From positions 20,609 through 84,608 of the forward strand of contig JAGKSW010000002.1 in the NCBI GenBank assembly GCA_018993265.1: a DNA stretch of 64,000 nt, read 5' to 3'. Under the pieces are notes generated by a model. The model saw only the letters and a list, made by a program, of their open reading frames with translations, was not told the origin of the DNA and searched no databases. Position numbers and translations under genes: made by a program. Source of the stretch: Nostoc sp. TH1S01. GTDB lineage: Bacteria > Cyanobacteriota > Cyanobacteriia > Cyanobacteriales > Nostocaceae. Position 1 is the stretch's first letter, and each line of letters opens with the position of its first letter. Shown here piece by piece: positions 1 to 9,297 of the stretch.

Positions 1-1452
1 ATAGTGCATTTTGTTACTACTATCAACCAGTCCTCGGACTACATGGGGTGTGACTAATTTACCACCATTAGCTAAAGCGCCGTGCAGTTGTACTAGTTGT
101 AGGGGAGTGAGAGAAAAACCTTGTCCAAAAGACGCGGTTGCGGGTTCAATAGGTGAAGTAATGAATCTGGCTTGGCTTTTCAGGGAACCACTCACGCCAA
201 AGGGTAAATCTGTTTCTAATGGTTGTCCTAAACCCAGACGTTCTAACCAAGTGTAGTAGACCGAGGGGCGCATTTTTTGAATGATTTGCACCATCCCGAT
301 GTTGCTGGAATTTTGGAGAATTTGAGCAATATTAATCCGCCCATAACCATTGTGTTGAGCGTTTTTAATTACACGGTCAGCGACTTTAATATAACCTGGA
401 TCATTAAAAGTATCATTTGGTTGAATCACACCATTTTCTAGTGCGATCGCTACATTTAATGGTTTGAATGTTGACCCTGGTTCGTAAAGGTCAGCCACTG
501 TCCAGTTTTTAAATAAGTCAATCTTCGCTTTACCATAGTCATTCGGGTCATAAGTAGGCTGAGAAACCAACGCTAGTAAAGAACCATCTAACGCATCCAT
601 AACAATTACAGCCCCACGTTTAGCGCGGTAGTGTTCTACCTGTGCTTTCAGCGCCAAACGAGCTGCTCGTTGTATGCGTGTATCAATTGTGAGTTGCAAT
701 TTTAAGTCATCAGCATGAAGAAAACCTTCCGGCGCATGATCTGGCTTTAATTCGCCGTTACCAGACTGCATTAACCGCACTTTCTGCACAGAACGTTCTA
801 GCAGTTTTTCTTGACTATATTCCACACCTGCTTGACCGCGACGCTCCAAATCTACATAGCCCACTACATCGGATGTGACATCCGCTTGCGGATATAAGCG
901 TGAGTATTTAGGGATTAATTCTAAGCCATTTAAACGCAGAGCAATCACGCGATCGGCAATTTCTTCGGGTAGAGCCGGAATCAAGATAATCCCACTTTTG
1001 CGACTTTGAAAAGTTTTCACTAAATCAGCCGCGTCTTTATCAACGATGGGTGCTAACTTTTGGGCGATTTCTTCATTAGACTTATCAAACAGTTTTGGAT
1101 GAGCATAAACAGTATATACAGGACGGTCAACCGCCAAAACATTATTATTGCGATCGATGACTAAACGACGAGGCATAAAAGGCCGCAAACTCACCATTTG
1201 TTGATTGCGTGCCTTTTGTGTGAGTTTTTGTCCTTGAAGAATTTGTAAATTATATAAGTTAAAGGCTAAACCTAAGCTTGCGGCTATTAAAATAGCCCAG
1301 ACAATTAAAAGCCTGACTTTGCTACTTTGTATAGGTTCTTGAGTATTGCGAGTGAGTTTCCCCATCAACCTTTGCCGGGAAACTTTCTGCTGCTTTGTAA
1401 CTGTTTGATGCCGAGAATTTCTAAATTTTAATCTACTTGATGACTTCTGCAT
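1..1452 (-). CDS. ftsI: Penicillin-binding protein 2/FtsI-type transpeptidase (partial; runs off the left edge)
   Basis: Manual minus-strand translation from ATG at 1452: MQKSSSRLKF...RLLIVWAILIAASLGLAFNLYNLQILQG...RNQQMVSLRPFMPRRLVIDRN (N-terminal TM helix plus PBP dimerisation-type motif). Directly downstream of an ftsL-like gene. No stop codon inside the window, so it is absent from the ORF track. Confidence 0.85.
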   Translation of the reverse strand, partial: MQKSSSRLKFRNSRHQTVTKQQKVSRQRLMGKLTRNTQEPIQSSKVRLLIVWAILIAASLGLAFNLYNLQILQGQKLTQKARNQQMVSLRPFMPRRLVIDRNNNVLAVDRPVYTVYAHPKLFDKSNEEIAQKLAPIVDKDAADLVKTFQSRKSGIILIPALPEEIADRVIALRLNGLELIPKYSRLYPQADVTSDVVGYVDLERRGQAGVEYSQEKLLERSVQKVRLMQSGNGELKPDHAPEGFLHADDLKLQLTIDTRIQRAARLALKAQVEHYRAKRGAVIVMDALDGSLLALVSQPTYDPNDYGKAKIDLFKNWTVADLYEPGSTFKPLNVAIALENGVIQPNDTFNDPGYIKVADRVIKNAQHNGYGRINIAQILQNSSNIGMVQIIQKMRPSVYYTWLERLGLGQPLETDLPFGVSGSLKSQARFITSPIEPATASFGQGFSLTPLQLVQLHGALANGGKLVTPHVVRGLVDSSNKMHY

Positions 1453-1490
1453 CGGCTTCGTCCTTTGTTATTGACCAATGACTATTGCCT

Positions 1491-2108
1491 TTAATATCCC
1501 AATGGCGAAGAGGTTGGCTGTTGTACGGGAGAATTCGATGTTGTGTTAGATGGCGAAGAATTAGCATTATCAGGTGCGGAAGGTAAGAAAATTGTTTTAT
1601 CTGGTGTGGGTGATACTAATCCTGCACTTGGTTGTTCTGCTTCTTCCGCCATTTTGTTTTTCAACATAGCGTTGGTTGTGGTTAACTGTCGCTCATTGCG
1701 TTGCAGATTTTGCAAGCGGCGGAATTCTTGATTCCAAAGTTCTTGAGAATAAACTGTCCAGCCATAAACAACCAGCGCCACCGCAACTAATAAAAACGTC
1801 ACCACAGATGAGTAACGATGAACAGTGTACAATCGCAGCAACCAACTGGGTAAAACTTCAGCGGTAGGCACATGAGAAACTTTTGATGAAGTTAATTCTT
1901 GTAACCCAGTGGTAGCAGGAACTGCTGAATTTTTGGCAGTGCGCCGACGACGTTTAGGCGAGACTACCGCAGAGCGATCTGGAAGTGAGGATACACTGCT
2001 CATGACTGATCCCCGACCTGGAGAGCGTCGTCTAGGTGTAATTGGTTTAGAATTACGCGCGAACCAGTTATTAGGTGCAGACACAGCCGATTTACGAACA
2101 GCAGCCAT
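1491..2108 (-). CDS. FtsL-like cell division protein
   Basis: Single TM helix followed by a coiled coil (QELWNQEFRRLQNLQRNERQL); immediately upstream of ftsI. Confidence 0.7.
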   Translation of the reverse strand: MAAVRKSAVSAPNNWFARNSKPITPRRRSPGRGSVMSSVSSLPDRSAVVSPKRRRRTAKNSAVPATTGLQELTSSKVSHVPTAEVLPSWLLRLYTVHRYSSVVTFLLVAVALVVYGWTVYSQELWNQEFRRLQNLQRNERQLTTTNAMLKNKMAEEAEQPSAGLVSPTPDKTIFLPSAPDNANSSPSNTTSNSPVQQPTSSPLGY

Positions 2109-2666
2109 AAAATTTTTTCGGATAGGAAATAATGTATTTTAGTCTGTTTATTTAACTTTGCTCAGGTTAAAATAGCCTTTTTTGGGATCTGAATGAGTAT
2201 AGCGTTAACTGTAGACCATGTTGAAATCTTTTTGGGATATAACAATCCGTTGAGGTGTTGCACACCAATTTGTTGCTTGTTTACTGTTTTCCGCCTCCAT
2301 CAGTAATTGATAAATCACATAGAATTGCTTCTAGACCAATGATTGGTTTCTATGAGTATGAGAATAATCATCATCGAGGATTAGCCATTGGATAACTTGA
2401 CATTTTAAGTAGTGCATCACAGTATGGCAATACAAGACCAAAATCAGCAACCGTTGGCGATCGCCTGATCATCTTTGGTATGCTCACAGAACCTCCAAAT
2501 TAGATCACCTCATCAGTCTGTGGCATCATAACTCAACTACCCATAATCAGTCCTAAGTAGGTTTTTAAATATCTCATAGACAGGTATTTCAAAAATTAGC
2601 AATAAATAGGTTATCGTAGTCAAAAGGCACGAACATTTGATTGCCATAATTGGTGAAAGAGGAGTT

Positions 2667-2888
2667 ATGAAAACAAAAATCTTTGGTTTAGCTGTGATTT
2701 TAAGTTTGGCGGCCGTTCTAGGAGCATGTGAAGGTGGTGGTAATACACCTAGTGCTACAACCTCACCAACCGCTACAGGTGAACCCACAGATACTGGGTC
2801 TACACCAACTACTACAGTTTCTCCCACTGCTACAGCTTCCCCCACTACTACTGCTTCTCCCACTGCAAGTCCTACTACAACACCTTAG
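2667..2888 (+). CDS. Small Thr/Ser/Pro-rich lipoprotein
   Basis: GAGGAG RBS before the ATG at 2667; signal peptide ending in lipobox LGAC; TTSPTA repeats. Confidence 0.7.
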   Translation: MKTKIFGLAVILSLAAVLGACEGGGNTPSATTSPTATGEPTDTGSTPTTTVSPTATASPTTTASPTASPTTTP

Positions 2889-3048
2889 TTCTTTGTTTTA
2901 GATTGATTCTTAAGACAAGTACTTGGTCTGGCTGTGGATGAAAATGGCTTGAATTAAGGTATACAAGAGAGAATCAGAGTATTCTTCAGAGACAGTATAC
3001 TCAGCTCAACCACAATTTAAACGTCTGTTAAGCTAAAACAGCATTTAT

Positions 3049-3090
3049 TGGACACTGGTCATGTTGGTTAACACCACAACCAAGTGTCCA
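3049..3090 (+). terminator. Hairpin downstream of the lipoprotein gene (possible terminator)
   Basis: TGGACAC...GTGTCCA inverted repeat followed by a T-rich tract. Confidence 0.4.
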
Positions 3091-3228
3091 TTTAAATTTT
3101 TAACTTGAGGTTGTAACTCTTAAAAACTTGTGAGTCAAAATTGAACAGAAAAGAAATCAAAATTAGATGGGAAGATTTAATTAGTATTTCTTGTATTATC
3201 CGTTGGATTTTGACTTCAGGGTGATGAG

Positions 3229-3561
3229 ATGGGGCAAGAAAAATTTTCAAAGCGAATAATATATGGGCTATTGAGTCTTACCTCTAGTGTGGTTGTATGG
3301 TTAATCAGCCATTCGGATGCAATAGTCATGGCCTTACCTCCATCAGAAGACATCCCAGAAGAAATATTACGGACAGAAATAATTATCGATGCGCGATCGC
3401 CCATTGATGGCAAACCGATCAGCGCAGCCGAATACGCAGAATTACAAGCACAACTCCAAAAAGTTCCACCGCCAGAATTAAACACCAAACTGCGGCAAAC
3501 AGTCTTTCTGCTGCGGATACGTAATGTTTTGCTTCAGTTGTTCCCATTTTTAGATTTGTAG
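3229..3561 (+). CDS. Conserved cyanobacterial hypothetical membrane-anchored protein
   Basis: 110-aa ORF with an N-terminal hydrophobic segment and the motif EDIPEEILRTEIIIDARSPIDGKP. Confidence 0.65.
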   Translation: MGQEKFSKRIIYGLLSLTSSVVVWLISHSDAIVMALPPSEDIPEEILRTEIIIDARSPIDGKPISAAEYAELQAQLQKVPPPELNTKLRQTVFLLRIRNVLLQLFPFLDL

Positions 3562-3785
3562 TTATAGCAAAAGGTAAAAGTCTTACTATGCCTGGCATTC
3601 GTGCTTTTTGAATGTTATCACCTATACTTTAACTGCTATACTTGCTATCTAACTGGGATACAAACTTGATATCCTAATACTGTTGATTATACTGATGCTA
3701 TGATGTTGTACTTGCGATCGCCCAATTAGGGTAGGTTGAACTAGTACTGCATCAAACTTTGATGATCTGCTGACTTGTGAATATA

Positions 3786-3887
3786 CAGCATATTTTGAGT
3801 ACATGAGGTACAAGCGTAAAATCTAAAACCATGTAGAGACGTTACATGTAACGTCTCTACAGTATTTCACGAATATCGAAACTGCTG
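3786..3887. mobile_element. 102-bp MITE-like element, copy 1 (CAGCA...TGCTG ends, TA on both flanks, internal 28-bp perfect palindrome)
   Basis: Inverted copy at 28153-28254 with 3 mismatches. Palindrome GTAGAGACGTTACATGTAACGTCTCTAC at 3833-3860. Confidence 0.85.
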
Positions 3888-3957
3888 TAAATAACAAACT
3901 TGTTTGATTACAAAACCTAAAAACAGTGCAAATTCGGGTATCAGATGAGGTGCATAG

Positions 3958-4407
3958 ATGGACATTGTATTTCTGACTAAATTATTAGCTCCCTGCTTAC
4001 CCTATTTGCTGAAATTAGGTGGGATAGCAGCAGAAAAAACCGCAGAAAAAGCCGCAGAGAATATTGCTCCCGATATCTGGGAAAAGTCCAAGAAAATTTG
4101 GTCGAAACTAGGCACAAAAGTCGAATCCGAAGAGGAATTGAAAGTAGCAGCCGAACAAGTAGCGGCAAAACCTGAAAGTTCAGCCCGTCAAGCCGTCTTT
4201 CAGGAAGAACTAGAAATTTTACTCCAAGAAAACCCAGATTTGGCTGAAGAGATTGCCAAAATATTGCAAGAAGAACAACCAACATCAGCAGAAGTCAAAA
4301 TCAATCAAACTGTTACCAATAACGAAGGACAGGTGATTGGACAAATGACTAATAGCAAGGCAATTGGCAAAATTGACGGCAATATTCAAGGCGGAGTGAA
4401 TTTTTAA
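3958..4407 (+). CDS. Bell/HeLo-like helical effector with a C-terminal putative amyloid signalling motif
   Basis: Helical domain LLAPCLPYLLKLGGIAAEK...IWEKSKKIWSKL...LQENPDLAEEIAKIL. C-terminal INQTVTNNEGQVIGQMTNSKAIGKI is shared with the N-terminus of the next gene. Confidence 0.7.
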   Translation: MDIVFLTKLLAPCLPYLLKLGGIAAEKTAEKAAENIAPDIWEKSKKIWSKLGTKVESEEELKVAAEQVAAKPESSARQAVFQEELEILLQENPDLAEEIAKILQEEQPTSAEVKINQTVTNNEGQVIGQMTNSKAIGKIDGNIQGGVNF

Positions 4408-4435
4408 TCAAAAATAAATTGAGTGCGATCGCACT

Positions 4436-6646
4436 ATGCAAAATCATTCAGATAGTGATCTAGTTTTCCCGTCTAACTCAACTAATCAGATTCAGCAGGA
4501 AATTGGCAAGAATACCGGGCAAGTGTTCGGCCAGATGATTGGTGGGATGGCCATTGGTCAACTCACGGTCTATCTTTCTCAAGTCCGAACTGAATTAGAA
4601 ATTCCTCAACCGCCTGCAAATAAACTCGGTGCAAATCCCTACCAAGGCTTGTTGGCATTTCGGGAAACAGATGGCGATCGCTTTTTTGGACGAGAGAAGC
4701 AAATTGAGCAACTATGGCAGAGATTTCGTCTTCTCCATGAACAGGAATCTGCGGTACGGGTGCTACCTATATATGGCCCATCGGGTTCAGGAAAATCATC
4801 ACTTGCACTGGCAGGTTTGATCCCCAAATTGGGAGCTAACCCCTTACCGGGACGAGATCAGGCGCGATTGGTGGTGCTTGTACCCGGAACCCACCCACTA
4901 GAATCTCTCGCTGCTATGTTGGCGCGGATTGCAACTAACGATCCCACCCCAGTTAGCAAAACGCGGGAATTTGCCCAAGAACTCACCCAACAAAACAATC
5001 ATCAAGAATATGATGGACTGCGGCGCATTGCTGATGTCTTTCCTGATATTGCTTTGTCTCCCTTAATTGTTTTAGTCGATCAGTTTGAGGAAGTTTACAC
5101 ACTTTGTAAAGATAAAGCTGAACGCGACGCTTTTGTCGGCAACTTGCTGTGTGCAGCAGCAGAACCTTCAAGACGAGTAGCTGTAATTTTGACATTGCGG
5201 AGTGACTTTTTAGGCGAAACCCAACAACACCCCCGCTTAAACAAACTCTTCTCAGAGCAAGGGTTTCTCGTGCCAATTATGCAGCCAGAAGATTTAGAAG
5301 CTGCTATTGTCAAACCAGCCGCACAAGCTAGATATCAGTTAAACAGTGCAGTTGTTCAACTCCTAGTAGAACAAACCGAAGGGCGAGAGGCTTTACCTTT
5401 ATTACAATTTGCCCTGACGCGGATTTGGGAAGGCTTGCAAAACGATGTTGATCCAGCCGAAACCCTAGAAAATATTGGTGGTGTGGGTGGCGCACTGGCT
5501 GGGGAAGCGCAACGCCTGTATGAAAATTTGAATGAGGAAGAGCAAGCGATCGCTCGACGGATTTTTCTCGCATTGGTGCAACTAGGAGAAGGCACAAAAA
5601 ACACCCGTCGGCGTGCTGCTTTATCAGAACTGATTGCTGATGAAAAAGAAGCCACAACTGTTCGGGCTATTATTAATCGTTTTGCTGCGCCTGGAGTGCG
5701 TTTCTTAGCCACCTTCTCAGATGAACAGTCTGGTGAAATGATTGAAGTTGCCCACGAAGCAATGATTCGTAATTGGGGACAACTGCAAGAATGGTTAACT
5801 GAATGCCAAGAAAACCTTCGCAAAAAACGCAAAATTGAGCAAGCGGCGGAAGAATGGTTAGATAAAGGTAAATCCCAAGAATATGTTCTTCAAGGTCGTT
5901 CTCTGCGCGATGCGAGAGAGTTTATGCAAGCCCAAAAAGATTATCGGGAAACCGCACTCTCAAGTTTGGCGAAGGAATTTGTTATGGCAAGTTTGCGGAA
6001 GCAGAGAGGTGATCGTTGGAAAAGCACTGGAGTTTTTATCGCTTTTCCATTAGTAGGAACACTGATAAGTTTACATTTCCTAGTTATTAATATAGCGCAA
6101 GAGATACTGAATAGTGAAAAGTGTGAGCCTAATTCTGAAATTCAATCGATGCTTCAGTATATGTGGTTGACAGGTTATAAGGATAAATTGAAAAAAGTAA
6201 ATCTCTGTCAAGAGATACTTAATGGAATTAACCTTCAGAACGCTGATCTTGAAGGCGCAAATTTTCGGGGAGCAAAACTTCAAAACTCTAAATTTCAAGG
6301 AGCAAATCTTTCAGATGCTAACTTTTTTGAAGCCAAGCTCATATATACTCAGTTACAAGGACACACTAATCTTGAAGGTGCTAATATGGAGGACGCAATC
6401 TTAGATGGTGCTAAACTTCAAGATGCTATCCTAAAACATACTATTTTCAAAGGAGCTTCTCTTAAGAATACAAATTTTTCTGGCGCGTATCTAGAGAAGG
6501 TTAATTTTCAAGGTGCTATCCTGACGAATGCCGATCTCCAATACTCTAAAGGACTTACAGAAGAACAGATAGCAAACGCAAAACTTTGTCATACAAAGCT
6601 ACCTAAAAATATTAAAAATATAAATATTAATAGGGATTGTTCATAA
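4436..6646 (+). CDS. nSTAND1-type NLR-like P-loop NTPase with TM helix and C-terminal pentapeptide repeats
   Basis: NPYQGLLAF, Walker A GPSGSGKSS, Walker B LVDQFEE, LTLRSDF, LPLLQFALTRIW, VAHEAMIRNW; hydrophobic segment VFIAFPLVGTLISLHFLVI; A(D/N)L/FxGA pentapeptides. Confidence 0.9.
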   Translation: MQNHSDSDLVFPSNSTNQIQQEIGKNTGQVFGQMIGGMAIGQLTVYLSQVRTELEIPQPPANKLGANPYQGLLAFRETDGDRFFGREKQIEQLWQRFRLLHEQESAVRVLPIYGPSGSGKSSLALAGLIPKLGANPLPGRDQARLVVLVPGTHPLESLAAMLARIATNDPTPVSKTREFAQELTQQNNHQEYDGLRRIADVFPDIALSPLIVLVDQFEEVYTLCKDKAERDAFVGNLLCAAAEPSRRVAVILTLRSDFLGETQQHPRLNKLFSEQGFLVPIMQPEDLEAAIVKPAAQARYQLNSAVVQLLVEQTEGREALPLLQFALTRIWEGLQNDVDPAETLENIGGVGGALAGEAQRLYENLNEEEQAIARRIFLALVQLGEGTKNTRRRAALSELIADEKEATTVRAIINRFAAPGVRFLATFSDEQSGEMIEVAHEAMIRNWGQLQEWLTECQENLRKKRKIEQAAEEWLDKGKSQEYVLQGRSLRDAREFMQAQKDYRETALSSLAKEFVMASLRKQRGDRWKSTGVFIAFPLVGTLISLHFLVINIAQEILNSEKCEPNSEIQSMLQYMWLTGYKDKLKKVNLCQEILNGINLQNADLEGANFRGAKLQNSKFQGANLSDANFFEAKLIYTQLQGHTNLEGANMEDAILDGAKLQDAILKHTIFKGASLKNTNFSGAYLEKVNFQGAILTNADLQYSKGLTEEQIANAKLCHTKLPKNIKNININRDCS

Positions 6647-6744
6647 TAAAACATAGATGACCAATATTTTTGAAGCTTCACTTAGAAAATATTGGATAAT
6701 TTTATATTAATTTCCAAGTTATACTAATTATTTTCTTTCATTTA

Positions 6745-8946
6745 TTAAACGCATTTATGCTTACAACAAGCATCTAGGTCATCAAACATTTTTTCCGGAC
6801 ATTCTTTCCGATAGTATCTAGTTCTATTATTATTATCCGTAGACATAAATATAGTACCATTACCATTATCACACTTCACTTGGTCACTTTGCACAACAAA
6901 AATCTGATCATTCTCCAAATTATTTTTATTAGCATCATCAAAAATACTAATATCAGAAACGCATTCTGACAAAGCCTTGATAGCTGCATCTCTAACAGCA
7001 TCATCATTACTCTGCAAAGCTTCAGTTAAAACTTGAATTGCAGTTTCTTGATATTTACCAAATTTGATTAATCCTTGGGCTACAGAGATGTGTTTAGTAT
7101 CTATTTTAGAAACATCCAATATTTTTTGCACTTCTATTACTTGACCTCTGATGTTTTTTGCTTCTGTCTTCCAGCAATCTTCTAAAGATTTTCGCAGAGA
7201 AGAAGTTAATTTTGCTTTCACTGAACGAGGTACAAAATTGATTTCACTAATTCTTATTTCAACATCTTCAATTTCATTATTTTTAATTGCTCTTTCTAGA
7301 ACCTGCTCAATTTCCCATAATATTTCATCTAGTTTTGCTTTGAGTTTAGGAAAATCCGATGACATTGTTCTGCTCCTTGTGATTGTGGGAATATTTTGCA
7401 ATTTGTCTGTTTCTGAATTCGGAAGATTGACTATCGGTAATGCTGCGTCATACAAGCTCATCTTTAGGACTGTATTTTTCACTGCTTCTATGGCAGCATC
7501 AGCATCAGCTAATCCATAACCTGTGGCTAAGTCTGGGCCTGCACGTGCCCGATACCCTCCCGTTCTTGGATTACCAGCACCTTCCACAACATCGCGGGCT
7601 GTTTGTTGTAGAATTTCCTTGACTTTTGCGGGTGGTAATCCTGAATCAAGCTGTTTCATCAAGGCGCAAACACCAGCTAATTGCGGTGCTGCGGCTGAAG
7701 TACCACTAAATGCAGCCCAGCCATCACTAGATTTAGTACCATCACCAAAGAAAGAACGCACCTGATCTTTCTCGCTACCAGGAGGAACAGGCAACATAAT
7801 ATAAGCACCATAGGGAAGCTTACCAACCAACCCACATACATCGGGAACCCTGCGCCCTGGATAAATTGGACTGGTAAAACTGCTGGCGTAATTGCTTGCT
7901 TCTAACTTGCCTTGCAACAGTCCATCTAGATGCAAATACACACCTCCTGCTGCAATCACATCTGGGTGCTGAGATGGAAAGCTCCATTGACCATTTCCCG
8001 CTGCAAAAATGACGATAATTCCACGACGCACGGCATCGGCAATGGCTACAGCTAAAGCTTGATTAAAGGGAGAAAATTGGCGATTTTTTAAATCACAGCC
8101 CCAACTGCAAGTAATAATATCTGGTCTTAGGGCAACAGCTTTTTTAAAAGCAGCAACGGCGTTGACGTTCTTGAATTTGCCTGGGGCTGTGAAAACATCA
8201 GCTTTAACCATCGTTAACTCAACATCAGGAGCCACCGCCAGCAAATTGGCAGATTCCCCAGTTCCATGACCATTCTCGTCTTCCAAAGGAGCCGATGCAC
8301 CGGGCGCAAGAACGACATTGACTTTGTAGTTATACCTGCTGAAAAATGGATGACGATACCACCCGGTATCAAGCATGACTACCTTGACACCTCTACCTGT
8401 GATGCCGTTTTGATGAGCTAAAGTGGCATTTAATCCTTGAGCGATGTCTTCTGGTACACGCAAATATTTTGTAGTTGTTTCTGGTGGCAACTCCGTAGGA
8501 ATTGGGGGTCGAAAGTAAAAAGCTGGTTCATTGAGCGCAATTCCGTCTAATAGATGATCCCAACTGGTTTGTGATGTATCAATTTCACCAAAGGGCTTAT
8601 TATCGATCGCATTGATAAATGTCGCTGTTGTTTCCCCAACTATCTCTTTAATAACAGGAATCTCAACTGTCTCTAGAGTTGTTTGGAGCGATCGCTCATA
8701 AACCTCGGCATCGGCAGCTATACTGATTGATGTCTTACCCACATCCAAAATCTCAAATCCTGCTGCCTGTAAGCGTTGCACTGCTGAATTGAGTAAGTTT
8801 GGTTCCGCATAAAATTGAGCCACATTCTCACTTGTGACACTGCTCGCAGAATGTAACAACGATTCCCCACTGACTGAACGAACAATCGCTTCAGCGTATA
8901 TTTTTGACGGTAATTTTGCCTGTTGTTCCTTACTCATTACATACAC
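6745..8946 (-). CDS. S8 subtilisin-like serine protease with a C-terminal HEAT-like/Cys-rich extension
   Basis: Catalytic triad motifs MLDTG, NGHGT and FSGTSAAAP. Confidence 0.9.
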   Translation of the reverse strand: MYVMSKEQQAKLPSKIYAEAIVRSVSGESLLHSASSVTSENVAQFYAEPNLLNSAVQRLQAAGFEILDVGKTSISIAADAEVYERSLQTTLETVEIPVIKEIVGETTATFINAIDNKPFGEIDTSQTSWDHLLDGIALNEPAFYFRPPIPTELPPETTTKYLRVPEDIAQGLNATLAHQNGITGRGVKVVMLDTGWYRHPFFSRYNYKVNVVLAPGASAPLEDENGHGTGESANLLAVAPDVELTMVKADVFTAPGKFKNVNAVAAFKKAVALRPDIITCSWGCDLKNRQFSPFNQALAVAIADAVRRGIIVIFAAGNGQWSFPSQHPDVIAAGGVYLHLDGLLQGKLEASNYASSFTSPIYPGRRVPDVCGLVGKLPYGAYIMLPVPPGSEKDQVRSFFGDGTKSSDGWAAFSGTSAAAPQLAGVCALMKQLDSGLPPAKVKEILQQTARDVVEGAGNPRTGGYRARAGPDLATGYGLADADAAIEAVKNTVLKMSLYDAALPIVNLPNSETDKLQNIPTITRSRTMSSDFPKLKAKLDEILWEIEQVLERAIKNNEIEDVEIRISEINFVPRSVKAKLTSSLRKSLEDCWKTEAKNIRGQVIEVQKILDVSKIDTKHISVAQGLIKFGKYQETAIQVLTEALQSNDDAVRDAAIKALSECVSDISIFDDANKNNLENDQIFVVQSDQVKCDNGNGTIFMSTDNNNRTRYYRKECPEKMFDDLDACCKHKCV

Positions 8947-9297
8947 CTACTCGTAAGTAGCGGTGTAATAAATATTTTACAGATATTTCCCAAAAATTTG
9001 GGTGTAAATACAGCATAATGACTATTAATTTACGTAAATAATCATTCTTTCTTCTACTTTTAAAATCTTGCGCCAGAAAATCCTAGTTTTAGGCACAAAA
9101 TGTCAGAATCTCTACCTTTCCTCTTCCCCTAGCTCAACAAATAATTTTATGGGACTGAACCTGATCACCCCTTATCCCCCTTGCGCCCATCTGATGTACT
9201 ATAACGGTGGCAATAAATTGCAAATAAATGTAAAGAATAGATATAGATATTAAAAAAGTCGGTTTAGTTAATCACTTTATTCAACATAGGTAGCTTC

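Noticed and set aside
2537-2863. 108-aa minus-strand Val/Ala-rich ORF
   Set aside because: It is the antisense shadow of the repeat-rich lipoprotein gene, which has an RBS and lipobox.
4629-6404. Multiple short overlapping ORFs within the nSTAND1 gene, and similar ones inside serA, relA, aroC and thiC
   Set aside because: They are alternative-frame or antisense shadows of well-supported genes.
6745-8946. S8 protease as a cyanobactin (PatA/PatG) or other RiPP maturation enzyme
   Set aside because: No precursor peptide, cyclodehydratase or DUF domains typical of cyanobactin clusters are nearby.
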